Positions 26,153 through 36,236 of a stretch of DNA of 51,125 nt are shown here, piece by piece. The translations under genes were made by a program, and so were the position numbers. The DNA is from Alphaproteobacteria bacterium (GTDB taxonomy: Bacteria > Pseudomonadota > Alphaproteobacteria > GCA-2731375): NCBI GenBank assembly GCA_029936195.1, contig JAPYUH010000004.1, positions 1-51,125 of the forward strand, given 5' to 3'. The stretch's first letter is position 1; each line of letters opens with the position of its first letter. Under the pieces are notes generated by a model. That model was not told where the DNA came from. It did not search any database and worked only from the letters and a program-made list of their open reading frames with translations.

Positions 26153-27567
26153 CCGAATTTGGTCAGGAAACGGACGATGGCGCGGGTGCGGTCGGTGAAC
26201 AGCTTGGGGATAAAATAGCTGCCGGCGGCGCGGGCGCCGACTTCGCCAAAGGTTGGGTAGGGCCAGATAGTGCCGGCCATGGCGCCGATTTTCAGGCCCT
26301 GGTTGACCGCCATGACCCAGGGCTGGAGCAAATCACCCGCATGGGGCCCAACCATTGAGACACCCAAAACCTTGCCGTTCCTGGCGGTGACGATCTTGAT
26401 CATGCCATCGGCGTCCCGCTCCGCCTGGGCGCGGTCGTTCTCGCCGAAGGGAAAGCGTAGGATATTGATATCGCCATGTAGGGCCCTGGCCGCCTCTTCC
26501 CGCAGCCCCACATGGGCCAATTCCGGGTCGGTGTAGGTAACCCAGGGGATATGGGCCGTCTTCTTGGCCTTGGCGGGTAATCGGAACAGGGCGCTGCGGA
26601 TGACCACGCCGGCATGATGGCCGGCCACATGGGTAAACTGCAGGCCGCCTGTAACATCACCGATAGCATAGATTTTCCGGTTCGATGTTCGGAGGCCTCG
26701 GTCCACGGTGATGCCCTTGGGCGAATAATCGACCCGCGCCGCTTCCAGGTTCAGGTCCGCCAAATTGGCCTTGCGTCCCGCCGCCACCAGTATATGGCTG
26801 CCCCGGACCAGATCGCCGCTGTCCAGGGTCACGGCCATGCCGCCCGCCGCCGACGCGACGCTTTCAGCCGTGACGCCGGTGCGGATATCAATGCCTTCCC
26901 GGGCCAGGCAATCCTGTACCACGGCCGTCAACTCCGGATCATCGTTCGGCAGCATGCGGGCCATTTCTACAATGGTGACGGCAGAGCCGAGGCGCCGATG
27001 GGCCTGGGCCATTTCCACGCCGATGGGGCCGCCGCCGATGACAATCAGGTGCGCCATTTCCTGGTCGTGATCGAACACAGTCTCGTTGGTCAGATAGGGC
27101 ACCGCTTCCAGGCCCGGAATGGGCGGCACCATGGGCGATGATCCGGTTGCGATGACAAAGCGCCGGGCGCGAATCTTTTGCCCATTGACCTCGATCTCCC
27201 GGGGGCCGGTGAAACGTGCCGAGCCTTCGATGACATTGACGCCCAGGGCCCGGAACCGCTCCACGGAATCATGGGGCGCGATGCCGGCGATGACATCGCG
27301 CACGTGCTGGCGCACCGCCACATTGTCCACGTGAAGCGGCCCGCCGGATACACCGAAGCGGCCCGCATGAACGATATTGTGCGCCGCCTTGCCGGCCGCC
27401 AGCAGCGCCTTCGAGGGCACGCAACCGAAGTTTAGGCAATCGCCGCCCATCAGGTGCCGCTCCACCAGGACCACGGAGACGCCAAGCTGGCTGGCCCCCG
27501 CCGCCACGGTCAAACCGCCCGAACCGGCGCCGATAACGCAGATGTCGACATTCAATGATGCCGTCAT
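26149..27567 (-). CDS. Pyridine nucleotide-disulfide oxidoreductase, dihydrolipoyl dehydrogenase / mercuric reductase-like
   Basis: VIGAGSGG FAD motif, redox disulfide GGDCLNFGCVPSK, and a C-terminal dimerisation-domain HPT-type motif (WPYPTFGE). Its 3' end overlaps the convergent phosphohexomutase gene by 4 nt. Confidence 0.85.
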   Translation of the reverse strand: MTASLNVDICVIGAGSGGLTVAAGASQLGVSVVLVERHLMGGDCLNFGCVPSKALLAAGKAAHNIVHAGRFGVSGGPLHVDNVAVRQHVRDVIAGIAPHDSVERFRALGVNVIEGSARFTGPREIEVNGQKIRARRFVIATGSSPMVPPIPGLEAVPYLTNETVFDHDQEMAHLIVIGGGPIGVEMAQAHRRLGSAVTIVEMARMLPNDDPELTAVVQDCLAREGIDIRTGVTAESVASAAGGMAVTLDSGDLVRGSHILVAAGRKANLADLNLEAARVDYSPKGITVDRGLRTSNRKIYAIGDVTGGLQFTHVAGHHAGVVIRSALFRLPAKAKKTAHIPWVTYTDPELAHVGLREEAARALHGDINILRFPFGENDRAQAERDADGMIKIVTARNGKVLGVSMVGPHAGDLLQPWVMAVNQGLKIGAMAGTIWPYPTFGEVGARAAGSYFIPKLFTDRTRAIVRFLTKFG

Positions 27568-28373
27568 TCGGGCGAACCTCCGCCCTTTCGCGCCTGATAG
27601 TATTTGTAAACCACGGGCAGGGCCGACAACAGCGCCAGGCCGATCAGCGCCGCCAGCACATCGCCGCTCAAAATCGATCCCATGGATATCTCATCGCCAC
27701 TTTCCAGGATGCTGCCCAGCCCCGTGCCGAATTGGGCAAAGATGAAAGTGGCCGGAATAATACCGAAGAACGTGGCCAATAGGTAAATTCGAAAGCTGAC
27801 GCCAAGAAATGCCGGCGCCAGATTGACCAGGAAAAACGGGAACAGCGGGATCAATCGCAAAATCAACAAGTAACTCAGGGCATTTTCCTGGAAACCGGCC
27901 TCCATCTTCTGCAACGACGGACCCGCCCTGGCCCGCAAGGGATCGCCGAGGGCGGTCTTGGCAATCAGAAAGAGGGCCGACGCACCCACCGTGGCACCGG
28001 CTACCGCCAGGCTGCCGCCGACAGCGGTGCCGAACAAAAACCCCCCCATCATGGTCATGATAGCCCCGCCCGGCAGGGAAAACGCCACCATCACCATGTA
28101 AGCCAGCACAAAGCAGAGGGCCATGACGACAGTGTGATGGGCCACATAGGCGGAAAGATCGGCGCGGTAATGCCGCAGGCCATCCAGGGTGAAATATTGC
28201 GGTCCGTCGAAGGCAAAAAAAAGCCCCAACCCGGCGATTAGTACAAGAACCGGCCATAGCCGCCGCACAGACAATAATGGCGGCGCGGATACCTTGGATG
28301 GGGCGCCGTTCGCCCCCCGTTCGGCAACTTTTTCGGCATCGCCGTCCCGCTCCCGCCGCTCCTCGCCAGCCAT
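27564..28373 (-). CDS. DedA/TVP38-TMEM64 family membrane protein
   Basis: 269-aa polytopic ORF with ATGA overlap to the oxidoreductase gene. This pairing is commonly conserved. Confidence 0.7.
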   Translation of the reverse strand: MAGEERRERDGDAEKVAERGANGAPSKVSAPPLLSVRRLWPVLVLIAGLGLFFAFDGPQYFTLDGLRHYRADLSAYVAHHTVVMALCFVLAYMVMVAFSLPGGAIMTMMGGFLFGTAVGGSLAVAGATVGASALFLIAKTALGDPLRARAGPSLQKMEAGFQENALSYLLILRLIPLFPFFLVNLAPAFLGVSFRIYLLATFFGIIPATFIFAQFGTGLGSILESGDEISMGSILSGDVLAALIGLALLSALPVVYKYYQARKGGGSPE

Positions 28374-28478
28374 GCAAACGCCCCTGAAAAATTGACCCCC
28401 CGACTATAGCGCAAAGAAGGGTCCGCACTAGGGTAGATATCTTGTAATGATCAACGCTACACAAGTGATCTGTCGGCG

Positions 28479-28507
28479 TTGACTTACCGCGATTGAAACC
28501 GTATACA
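28479..28507 (+). promoter_or_regulatory. Candidate sigma70-type promoter for rpmH
   Basis: TTGACT at 28479-28484, a 17-nt spacer, then TATACA at 28502-28507. It lies about 65 nt upstream of the rpmH GTG. Confidence 0.35.
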
Positions 28508-28571
28508 GCGCGCTTGTTTTTGGCCCCGCCGGGGCATTCAATTCTGATAACAATTTGATGGAGGTTGACGG

Positions 28572-28706
28572 GTGAAACGCACCTTCCAACCAAGCAGACT
28601 GGTTCGCAAACGTCGGCATGGCTTTCGTCATCGCATGGCAACCGTCGGCGGCCGCCGTCTTTTGGCAAAGCGCCGGTCGAGAGGCCGCAAGCAACTCTCG
28701 GCCTAG
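28572..28706 (+). CDS. rpmH: 50S ribosomal protein L34
   Basis: Not in the ORF track because it is shorter than 60 aa. A GTG start preceded by GGAGG gives [44 protein letters not shown]. Confidence 0.95.
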   Translation: MKRTFQPSRLVRKRRHGFRHRMATVGGRRLLAKRRSRGRKQLSA

Positions 28707-28755
28707 GATGAAGCCGGCCTGGAATTCCAGGCCTGGCGGGTCTATGTGTAGCGAC

Positions 28756-29142
28756 ATGAAGCACGGTGAAATAACCCTCGTGCGCCTGAAAAGGCGTGCG
28801 GATTTTCTGCGCGTGGCTAGGACCGGCCGGCGCCATGGGACGGTGGGCCTTGTCTTGCAGACCGCCCCACGACACGGCCGGACAATTGATCGATCGGAGG
28901 GGGCGTTGGGTATTGGGGGGATTGGCTTCACGGCGAGCAAGAAAGTCGGCAACGCCGTGGCGCGCAACCGCGCCAAGCGGCGCCTGCGCGCCCTGGCGGC
29001 GGATGTGATGCCGGCTCGGGCCGCGCCCAACCACGACTATGTGCTGATCGGGCGCACGGCTACTTTGCAACGCCCCTATGCCAAGCTGCGACATGACCTG
29101 TTGAAGGCCCTGGGCAAAACCGGCGGTCTGACCCGATCATGA
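28756..29142 (+). CDS. rnpA: Ribonuclease P protein component
   Basis: MKHGEITLVRLKRRADFLRV...GFTASKKVGNAVARNRAKRRLRA (RNR motif). The start is uncertain: in-frame ATGs at 28708 and 28744 are also possible. Confidence 0.85.
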   Translation: MKHGEITLVRLKRRADFLRVARTGRRHGTVGLVLQTAPRHGRTIDRSEGALGIGGIGFTASKKVGNAVARNRAKRRLRALAADVMPARAAPNHDYVLIGRTATLQRPYAKLRHDLLKALGKTGGLTRS

Positions 29143-29402
29143 GAGCACTGAGCACCCATGCCCTGCGCGGCCTCATTCAAATCTATCGTTATGGCCTGGC
29201 GCCCATGCTGCCGGGCCGTTGCCGCTATCTGCCCACATGCTCCCACTACGGCCTCGAGGCCTTGCGGGTGCATGGCCCATTGTGGGGCAGCTGGCTGACC
29301 TTGCGACGATTCCTGCGCTGTCACCCCTGGGGCGGGCAAGGTTATGATCCCGTGCCATCATCTCACCATTCGGCCAATCCGGCCGTCTTGAAAAACCGAT
29401 AA
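29139..29402 (+). CDS. yidD: Membrane protein insertion efficiency factor YidD
   Basis: LIQIYRYGLAPMLPGRCRYLPTCSHYGLEALRVHG...RCHPW motif. ATGA overlap with rnpA. Confidence 0.9.
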   Translation: MRALSTHALRGLIQIYRYGLAPMLPGRCRYLPTCSHYGLEALRVHGPLWGSWLTLRRFLRCHPWGGQGYDPVPSSHHSANPAVLKNR

Positions 29403-29412
29403 AGCGACCCGA

Positions 29413-31194
29413 ATGTCAGACCAACGTAATCTTATTATCGCCATCGCCCTGTCCCTGGCCATTCTTCTGGGCTTTCAATTTTTTGTTGAAGCGCCGCAGC
29501 AGGAAGCGCGTGAAAAGTCGATGCAGCAACAGGCGCAGAGCCAAGCCAGCCAGACCGGGCAAAGCGCGGACGGCGCCATCACGCCCGGCATTCCCAGCAC
29601 CGCCGCCGGCGAGAGCGCTGCCCCCGGCCTGATCCCCGGCGCGACGACCGGCCAAGGAGCGGCCGATGCCGCCAGCCGCGCCGCGGCCTTGAAGCTGTCC
29701 CCCCGTATACCGGTCAACGGGTCCCGTTTGGGCGGCACCATCGCCCTGAAAGGCGCCCGCATCGATGATCTGACCATGTTGGACTACAAGGAGACGATCG
29801 AAGACAACAGCCCCGCCGTAACCCTGTTGTCACCGCACAGGGCGCCCAACCCCTATTATGGCCAGTTCGGCTGGGTGGCCCTGGACGGCTTGCAGGTGCC
29901 CGATGGCGACACGGTCTGGCGGGCGGACCATGCCTCCCTGCATCCTTCCCGGCCCCTGACGTTGAGCTGGGATAATCCCGACGGCGTGCGTTTCATCCAG
30001 GTCATCGAAATTGACGATAATTTCATGCTGACCATCACCCAGCGGGTGGAGAATAATTCAAGACAGGCGGTTTCAACCCATCCCTACGGTCGCATCGTCC
30101 GTACCGACACGCCGAATACCTTGGGCTTTTATATCCTGCACGAGGGGCCCATCGGCGTGTTCAACGATACCTTGAAGGAAGTCGACTATGACGACCTGGT
30201 GGAAGGGCCGGCGGATATCACGAACAGTGTCGGCGGCTGGATCGGCATCACGGATAAGTACTGGTTGACCGCACTGATCCCGGATCAAAAGTCCGGCTAT
30301 ATCGGCGCCTTCCGCTACAGCCAGCCGAACAAGAAAGACACCTATCAGGCTGATTTCATGGCCCAAGCGCCCCAGGTGATCGCGCCCGGCGCCACGGCCC
30401 AGGCCACCAGCCACTTCTTCGCCGGCGCCAAGGAAGTACATTTGCTGGACAGTTACGAAGAAAAAATGGGCATCGCCCGGTTTGACCTGGCGGTGGATTT
30501 CGGCTGGTTCTATTTCCTGACCAAGCCCTTGTTCTTCGTGCTGGATTACTTCTTCAAGATGCTGGGCAACTTCGGTCTGGCGATCCTGCTGTTGACCGTC
30601 TGCGTCAAGGCGATCTTCTTTCCCCTGGCCAATAAATCCTACAAGGCCATGTCCAAAATGAAGGCCCTGCAGCCGGAAATGACCAAGTTGCGGGAACGCC
30701 ACGGCGATGACCGCCAGAAGATGAACCAGGAAATGATGGCGCTGTACAAGCGGGAGAAGGTCAATCCGGCATCGGGCTGTTTGCCGGTGGTGGTGCAGAT
30801 CCCGGTGTTTTTCGCCCTCTACAAGGTAATGTTCGTGACCATTGAGATGCGGCACCAGCCGTTCTTTGGCTGGATTCACGATCTCTCGGCGCCGGACCCG
30901 ATGTTTATCCTGACCCTGTTCGACATGGTGCCCTGGGATATTCCAAAATTCCTGATGATCGGCATCTGGCCCATTTTCATGGGCGCCTCCATGTACTTTC
31001 AGCAATTGCTGAACCCCCAGCCCGCCGATCCCGTACAGGCCAAGATTTTCCTCTTCATGCCGCTGTTCTTCACCTTCCTTCTGGGCAGCTTCCCGGCCGG
31101 GCTGGTGATCTATTGGACCTGGAACAATGTCCTCTCGGTGACGCAGCAATATCTCATCATGAAGCGCATGGGCGTGCCCATCAGGCCGAAATAA
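29413..31194 (+). CDS. yidC: Membrane protein insertase YidC
   Basis: 593 aa: an N-terminal TM helix, a large periplasmic domain, and a conserved C-terminal 5-TM core (LLTVCVKAIFFPLANKSYKAMSKMKALQPEM..., GCLPVVVQIPVFFALY). Confidence 0.95.
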   Translation: MSDQRNLIIAIALSLAILLGFQFFVEAPQQEAREKSMQQQAQSQASQTGQSADGAITPGIPSTAAGESAAPGLIPGATTGQGAADAASRAAALKLSPRIPVNGSRLGGTIALKGARIDDLTMLDYKETIEDNSPAVTLLSPHRAPNPYYGQFGWVALDGLQVPDGDTVWRADHASLHPSRPLTLSWDNPDGVRFIQVIEIDDNFMLTITQRVENNSRQAVSTHPYGRIVRTDTPNTLGFYILHEGPIGVFNDTLKEVDYDDLVEGPADITNSVGGWIGITDKYWLTALIPDQKSGYIGAFRYSQPNKKDTYQADFMAQAPQVIAPGATAQATSHFFAGAKEVHLLDSYEEKMGIARFDLAVDFGWFYFLTKPLFFVLDYFFKMLGNFGLAILLLTVCVKAIFFPLANKSYKAMSKMKALQPEMTKLRERHGDDRQKMNQEMMALYKREKVNPASGCLPVVVQIPVFFALYKVMFVTIEMRHQPFFGWIHDLSAPDPMFILTLFDMVPWDIPKFLMIGIWPIFMGASMYFQQLLNPQPADPVQAKIFLFMPLFFTFLLGSFPAGLVIYWTWNNVLSVTQQYLIMKRMGVPIRPK

Positions 31195-31845
31195 ATGGAC
31201 CAGTTTACGGCCTCGGATTTGGAGACGGGACGGCTGCTGTTCACCCAGGAATGTGACTTCGTCATGGGCGTGCGCACGGAAGCCGACCTGCCCAAGGCCG
31301 AGCTGCCCGAAGTGGCCTTCGCCGGGCGTTCCAACGTGGGCAAATCCAGCCTGCTCAACGCCCTGACCAACCGCCGCACCTTGGCCCGGACCTCAAACAC
31401 GCCGGGACGCACGCGAGAGGTCAATTTCTTTCGTCTCGGCGGTGATGGCGAAAGGCGCCTGATGTTGGTGGACCTGCCTGGCTACGGCTATGCCCGCGCC
31501 GGCAAGGAAGAGATTGCGCGCTGGAACAAGTTGATCGAGGACTATTTGCGCGGGCGCGGCAATCTGCGCCGGGTCTGTCTGTTGATCGATGCCCGCCGCG
31601 GCATTGGCCCCCCGGATCGAAAAGTCATGGAACTGCTGGACCAGGCGGCGGTGGTCTATCAGGTCATCTTGACCAAGGTGGACAAGGAAAAAGCCACGGC
31701 TCTGGCCAAGGTGCGGGCGGCGGCGGAGGCTGAATTAAAGGGCCATGGCGCCGCTTACCCCGATATCCTCGCCACCTCCGCCGCCAAGAAGCTGGGGCTG
31801 GAAGAGGTCCGTGCGACCGTGGTCGCGCTGGCGGAGATCGCCTGA
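31195..31845 (+). CDS. yihA: Ribosome biogenesis GTP-binding protein YihA/EngB
   Basis: G1 motif [14 protein letters not shown], then DLPGYGYA and TKVDK. The ATG directly follows the yidC TAA. Confidence 0.92.
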   Translation: MDQFTASDLETGRLLFTQECDFVMGVRTEADLPKAELPEVAFAGRSNVGKSSLLNALTNRRTLARTSNTPGRTREVNFFRLGGDGERRLMLVDLPGYGYARAGKEEIARWNKLIEDYLRGRGNLRRVCLLIDARRGIGPPDRKVMELLDQAAVVYQVILTKVDKEKATALAKVRAAAEAELKGHGAAYPDILATSAAKKLGLEEVRATVVALAEIA

Positions 31846-31865
31846 TTGGGCTATACGCCAGTTCC

Positions 31866-32762
31866 ATGACCGATACACAACAAGACGCGCAGCTCCACAC
31901 CGCCCGCACCCTGGCCGAGGCATTGCCCTATATGCGCCGCTTCACGGGCCAGACATTTGTTATCAAATACGGTGGTCATGCCATGGGCGATGCCCAGTTG
32001 GCGGATGATTTCGCCCGCGACGTGGTGTTGATGAAGCAGGTCGGCATCAACCCGGTGGTGGTGCACGGCGGCGGCCCGCAGATCGGCGCCATGCTGGACC
32101 GCCTGAAGATCAAAAGCTCGTTCATCGACGGCCTGCGCGTCACCGATTGCGAGACCGTGGATATTGTCGAGATGGTGCTGTCGGGCTCCATCAACAAGGC
32201 CGTGGTCACCGCCATCAACGGCGCCGGCGGCGTCGCGGTGGGCATTTCCGGCAAGGACGGCCGTCTGATCCAGGCGCGCAAACTGCAACGCACCACCCGC
32301 GATCCGGACAGCAATATCGAAAAGGTGCTGGACCTTGGTTTCGTGGGCGAGCCGGTGTCGATCAACCCGACACTGCTGCAAACTTTCGCCAAATCGGACT
32401 TGATCCCGGTGATCGCGCCCATCGGTGTTGGCGAGCATGGCGAAACTTACAACATCAATGCCGACACCGCCGCTGGCAAAATCGCCGCGACCTTGCAGGC
32501 CGCCAAACTGGTCATGCTGACGGATATCGCCGGCGTCCTGGACGGCAACGGCGAATTAATTTCGAAAATGACGCCGGAACGGGCGGATGAATTGACCCGC
32601 GAAGGCGTCATCAAGGGCGGCATGATCCCAAAACTGGAAACCTGCCTGGACGCGGTCGCCAACGGCGTCGGTGCGGCCCACATACTGGACGGCCGTCTGC
32701 CCCATGTCCTGCTGTTGGAAACCTTCACCGCCGCCGGTGTCGGCACCATGATCGCGGCGTAA
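31866..32762 (+). CDS. argB: Acetylglutamate kinase
   Basis: [22 protein letters not shown] and NINADTAAG motifs. Confidence 0.93.
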   Translation: MTDTQQDAQLHTARTLAEALPYMRRFTGQTFVIKYGGHAMGDAQLADDFARDVVLMKQVGINPVVVHGGGPQIGAMLDRLKIKSSFIDGLRVTDCETVDIVEMVLSGSINKAVVTAINGAGGVAVGISGKDGRLIQARKLQRTTRDPDSNIEKVLDLGFVGEPVSINPTLLQTFAKSDLIPVIAPIGVGEHGETYNINADTAAGKIAATLQAAKLVMLTDIAGVLDGNGELISKMTPERADELTREGVIKGGMIPKLETCLDAVANGVGAAHILDGRLPHVLLLETFTAAGVGTMIAA

Positions 32763-32773
32763 ACTGGCGCAAA

Positions 32774-32787
32774 CCGGTGATCACCGG
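32774..32787. repeat. Perfect 14-bp palindrome CCGGTGATCACCGG, 12 nt after the argB stop
   Basis: Read directly from the sequence. No U-tract follows, so it may be an operator or a weak terminator. Confidence 0.6.
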
Positions 32788-32828
32788 CCACTTCCTGGAA
32801 GTAATGTCTCAATCAGAGCAACCGTGGC

Positions 32829-33155
32829 TCATTTGACGCCGCATTCGGCTTTTATCTGTGAAATTTTGGTCTTAATCTGATTGTTATACTCCCCCGTTGC
32901 AACTTTTGCCTTGTCCTTTGCCGTGCCTTTTATGAGCCCGGCGACAAGGCCGATTGGAAGAATTGAAGAAACACCGGCGGCGGCCTGAGCGGCAACGCTT
33001 TTCTTTTCGTTTTCCAATATGGCAATGTCTTGTTCCGCTTTGGAGCAATTAATAGGCGCATTGATTTGGTGTTTTGCTTGTTAGGATATGGGAGACGCGC
33101 AAGCTGTCAACAAAACGGCCGAAGCAACGATTGCGACGCCAAATGGATTGTTCAT
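32829..33155 (-). pseudogene. Small lipoprotein gene interrupted by an in-frame TAA at codon 25, in a low-GC islet
   Basis: The ATG at 33153-33155 follows AAAGGAAAAA. Translation gives MNNPFGVAIVASAVLLTAC (lipobox LLTAC), then ASPIS and TAA at 33081-33083. The same frame then stays open for 84 more codons in AT-rich DNA (QAKHQINAPINCSKAEQDIAILENEKKS...IKAECGVK), ending at 32829. Confidence 0.5.
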
Positions 33156-33632
33156 GATTGTTTTTCCTTTCATTTGACCTGACCAGTGACAAAACAATCG
33201 AACAAAATACACGCCCACGACCACGTCTCGCCGCGGCATCCGTCAGTACAGTCAACGGTCGTGATGCCATCGCCGGGTGTAAGTCGCCGGATGTAAACTG
33301 CATGCCTGCCGCTAAAACCAAACTTCAATAAACCAGAGATGCAATAGTAATTCGGCGTTTTGGGATCTTGGCGGTCCCAACCAAATATCGTTCAAAAGAA
33401 TAAGTTGGTTCTTATTTTTCATAGTCAAATAGAATAATCTGATGGGGACCCCTCGGCGCTGTCGTGAAAGCTTGGCGATACCACGACCGCCGGCGCATCC
33501 ACGCCTAGCCGTCGTGCCGAAGGCGCGCCCGTAGCGCGGTTTTCCACCTAACTGGACCATGAACATTGACAAAATGGGTCAACAGTCAGAGGATCGCGGG
33601 CAACAGAAACCATCAAAATGAGGCCATCAAGT

Positions 33633-34880
33633 ATGTCGGATTCCGATCAAGAATTATTCAATCTAGCCATGTCAGACGAGGCGCGGCCGCTTATGTATGC
33701 GGTGAAGAAGCATATCGAAGAAAACGTCGCGCCGATCACCGACGAATTTTTCGCCCTGAACGATGAAAAAGAGGATCGTTGGAGCTGGCACCCCCGGCAG
33801 CTGGAACTGCTGGACGGCGCCAAGAACAAGGCCAAGGAGTCCGGGCTGTGGAATTTCTTCCTGCCCGATGACGAGACCGGCCAGGGGCTGAGCAATCTGG
33901 ACTATGCCTATCTGGCCACCGAGTTGGGCAAATACGCCCTGGCCTCGGAATCTCTGAATTGCAGCGCGCCGGACACCGGCAATATGGAAGTGTTGGAGCG
34001 CGTGGGCACGCCGGAGCAAAAGGATGAATGGCTGACGCCGTTGCTGAATGGCGAGATCCGCTCGGCTTATGCCATGACCGAGCCGGGCGTGGCCTCGTCG
34101 GACGCAAAAAACGTCGGGACCAAGGCGGTGCTGGAAAATGGCGAATGGGTTATCAACGGAGAGAAGTTTTACATTTCCGGTGCCGGCGACCCCCGCTGCA
34201 AGATCATGATCACCATGGTCAAAACCTCCCCAGACGCCCCACCCTCGAAACAGCAATCACAGATCCTGGTGCCCATCGGCACCCCCGGTGTCGAGATGGT
34301 GGAAGGCATGCAGGTATTTGGTGAAGACCATGCCCCGCGTGGCCACATGCATATCCGCTTCAACAATGTGCGGGTGCCGGAAGCGAACATGTTGCTTGGT
34401 GAAGGCCGCGGCTTCGAAATCTCCCAGGTACGCCTGGGCCCGGGCCGAATTCATCATTGCATGCGTTCCATCGGCGCGGCCGAAAAGGCGCTGGAGCTGA
34501 TGGTCAAGCGGGCCGGCAGCCGGGAAGCCTTCGGCCGGCCCATTTTGCGGCTGGGCAAAAACCTTGAAGTCATCTCCCGCGCGCGCATTGAGATCGACGC
34601 CTGCCGCCTGATGGTTTTGCAAGCGGCCAAGGCCATGGACGTCCTGGGCAACAAGGAAGCCCGCGTCTATGTCTCCGCCGTCAAGGCCATGGTACCTGAA
34701 AAAGTCTGTCAGATCATCGATCAGGCCATTCAGATGCACGGCGCGACGGGTATTTCCCACTGGTCGCCGCTTTCGGGCATGTACACGCAACAGCGCACCC
34801 TGCGCCTGGCTGATGGACCGGATGAAGTGCATCACATGGTGGTGGGCCGCGCGGAAGCGCAAAAGCACGTCGCCTGGTAG
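33633..34880 (+). CDS. Acyl-CoA dehydrogenase family protein (ACAD10/11-like)
   Basis: Start at MSDSDQELF, with GAGG 9 nt upstream. Motifs YAMTEPGVASSDA, WVINGEKFYISGA, and a C-terminal GPDEVH (catalytic-base region). Confidence 0.85.
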   Translation: MSDSDQELFNLAMSDEARPLMYAVKKHIEENVAPITDEFFALNDEKEDRWSWHPRQLELLDGAKNKAKESGLWNFFLPDDETGQGLSNLDYAYLATELGKYALASESLNCSAPDTGNMEVLERVGTPEQKDEWLTPLLNGEIRSAYAMTEPGVASSDAKNVGTKAVLENGEWVINGEKFYISGAGDPRCKIMITMVKTSPDAPPSKQQSQILVPIGTPGVEMVEGMQVFGEDHAPRGHMHIRFNNVRVPEANMLLGEGRGFEISQVRLGPGRIHHCMRSIGAAEKALELMVKRAGSREAFGRPILRLGKNLEVISRARIEIDACRLMVLQAAKAMDVLGNKEARVYVSAVKAMVPEKVCQIIDQAIQMHGATGISHWSPLSGMYTQQRTLRLADGPDEVHHMVVGRAEAQKHVAW

Positions 34881-34903
34881 ACCAGGAAAATACCAAAAAG
34901 TCT

Positions 34904-34942
34904 CGGGGCGGTCCTAAATCAAGGGCCGCCCCGGTTATTTTC
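34904..34942. terminator. Probable bidirectional rho-independent terminator between convergent genes
   Basis: Stem CGGGGCGG (34904-34911) / CCGCCCCG (34926-34933). GTTATTTTC follows on the plus strand and CTTTTTGG follows on the minus strand. Confidence 0.6.
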
Positions 34943-34976
34943 TACCTCATTTTTTCCATATTGCAGTCCAGGACGG

Positions 34977-36236
34977 CTATTTGATCTTTTTCAATTCCAG
35001 CTGCAATTCAGTTTCACTCAAGGGAAAGTCGATGCCGTCGCGGGCGTTGAGTCTATTTTGCGGGCGCACGTGGGCGATGCGCAATTGCAGTTGCATGGCC
35101 GTACGCATGGAGAAATCCGCCCTCCAGGCCAGGGCGGTGACCCGCTTTGGGTGGGCTGATGACAAAACCCTTTCAACCGCTTCAGTTGGAAACCCGCTTT
35201 TCAACGACAGTGCGTTGATGATGAAGTCCCGGTCGCCAGACGAGATGGCATCTTGCAAGGCATCATTGTCCAAGCCGCCCTCCTTGAACAGTTCGGCCGC
35301 CCAGTCCCTGCCCCCGCCCTCGATTTTCGCCGGCTCCGGCAGGGCTTCTTCTTCTTTTTCCTCCGGTTCCATGCTGTCCCGCACGGCCTTGGCCAAATCC
35401 ACGGCGGTGGAGGCGTCGATGTCGTTGCGGTTGCACAATGTCTCCACCAACGAAGTGGCGACGAAGCCGGCGATGCGGCGGATGGCGTTATCGGATAGTG
35501 AAGGCCAGTTCACCAGGGGCCTGTGCCATGGCTCCACCGCCGCCGCGTTTTCAATGATCCAATCCAGGGTGTCTTCGCGCAACTGGGCGCTGTCATTGGC
35601 CAGCAGGGCGCCAACCGCCTTTGGGTCCAGAGTTTGCGCCACGGCCTCCGAGACGTCCGCGCCTAGGGCCCTGCGCTTGGCGATGGCGCTCAACGCGCCG
35701 GATTCCCGCCCGGCGGCGATGATGGCAAGGAGGTCCTGGTCGCTGAGCAAGGGCGAGAATTGCAGCACCGGAGCGGCCACGATGGCTTCCAGATCCTGGG
35801 CCAATTGCAGAACGATGTCCTTCGGCACCTGATCGGAGGATTTCAGATGTTCCGAAACGATGGCCCGAATCTTGGGAAACTGGTCGGCGGCCAGTACGCC
35901 CAACACCGTGATGGTCAGCGCTTCGGCCTTTTCGCGCTGTTCGGACGATAATTCGGGGACCAGGCGGCCGATCTTGTCGGCCAATTCATAGCGCACCTGC
36001 TCGTCGCCGTCCTGAACCAGCTTGGCGTCGGCCTGTCGCGGGGTGGCGCGGTTGGAGGCGATGGCGCGGCGTACTTCGGGCACATTGTCGTCTGCCAGAT
36101 AGTACAGAATTTCCGGCCGGGTATCCTCGCGCTTGGCCAGGCGCAGTCGCTCCGTGGTATCGTCGCCTTCCAGCATGTCACGCTGAATTTCGTAGCTTTT
36201 CGGTTTCGTAATTCGGTTTAACAATGCCTTCAGCAT
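34977..36236 (-). CDS. DUF2336-domain protein (HEAT-like helical repeats), paralog A
   Basis: 419-aa ORF. Its start overlaps the GGDEF gene stop (TAATG). It shares clear blocks with the 38133..39467 product: DTRPEILY(Y/F)LA, SPLLSD.DL...IAAG, (I/V)TALAW(K/R)A..SMRTA.Q.Q. Confidence 0.75.
   Translation of the reverse strand: MLKALLNRITKPKSYEIQRDMLEGDDTTERLRLAKREDTRPEILYYLADDNVPEVRRAIASNRATPRQADAKLVQDGDEQVRYELADKIGRLVPELSSEQREKAEALTITVLGVLAADQFPKIRAIVSEHLKSSDQVPKDIVLQLAQDLEAIVAAPVLQFSPLLSDQDLLAIIAAGRESGALSAIAKRRALGADVSEAVAQTLDPKAVGALLANDSAQLREDTLDWIIENAAAVEPWHRPLVNWPSLSDNAIRRIAGFVATSLVETLCNRNDIDASTAVDLAKAVRDSMEPEEKEEEALPEPAKIEGGGRDWAAELFKEGGLDNDALQDAISSGDRDFIINALSLKSGFPTEAVERVLSSAHPKRVTALAWRADFSMRTAMQLQLRIAHVRPQNRLNARDGIDFPLSETELQLELKKIK

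Noticed and set aside
28374-28571. The rpmH upstream region as a replication origin or DnaA-box cluster.
   Set aside because: I found no TTATCCACA-like boxes or AT-rich unwinding repeats there. In Alphaproteobacteria, oriC is not generally next to rpmH.
33049-33572. Track ORFs 33049..33321(-) and 33312..33572(-) in the second low-GC islet.
   Set aside because: The translations look non-protein-like (Arg-rich, no hydrophobic periodicity). The starts are TTG or weak with no ribosome-binding site. The first overlaps the better-supported lipoprotein frame's upstream region.
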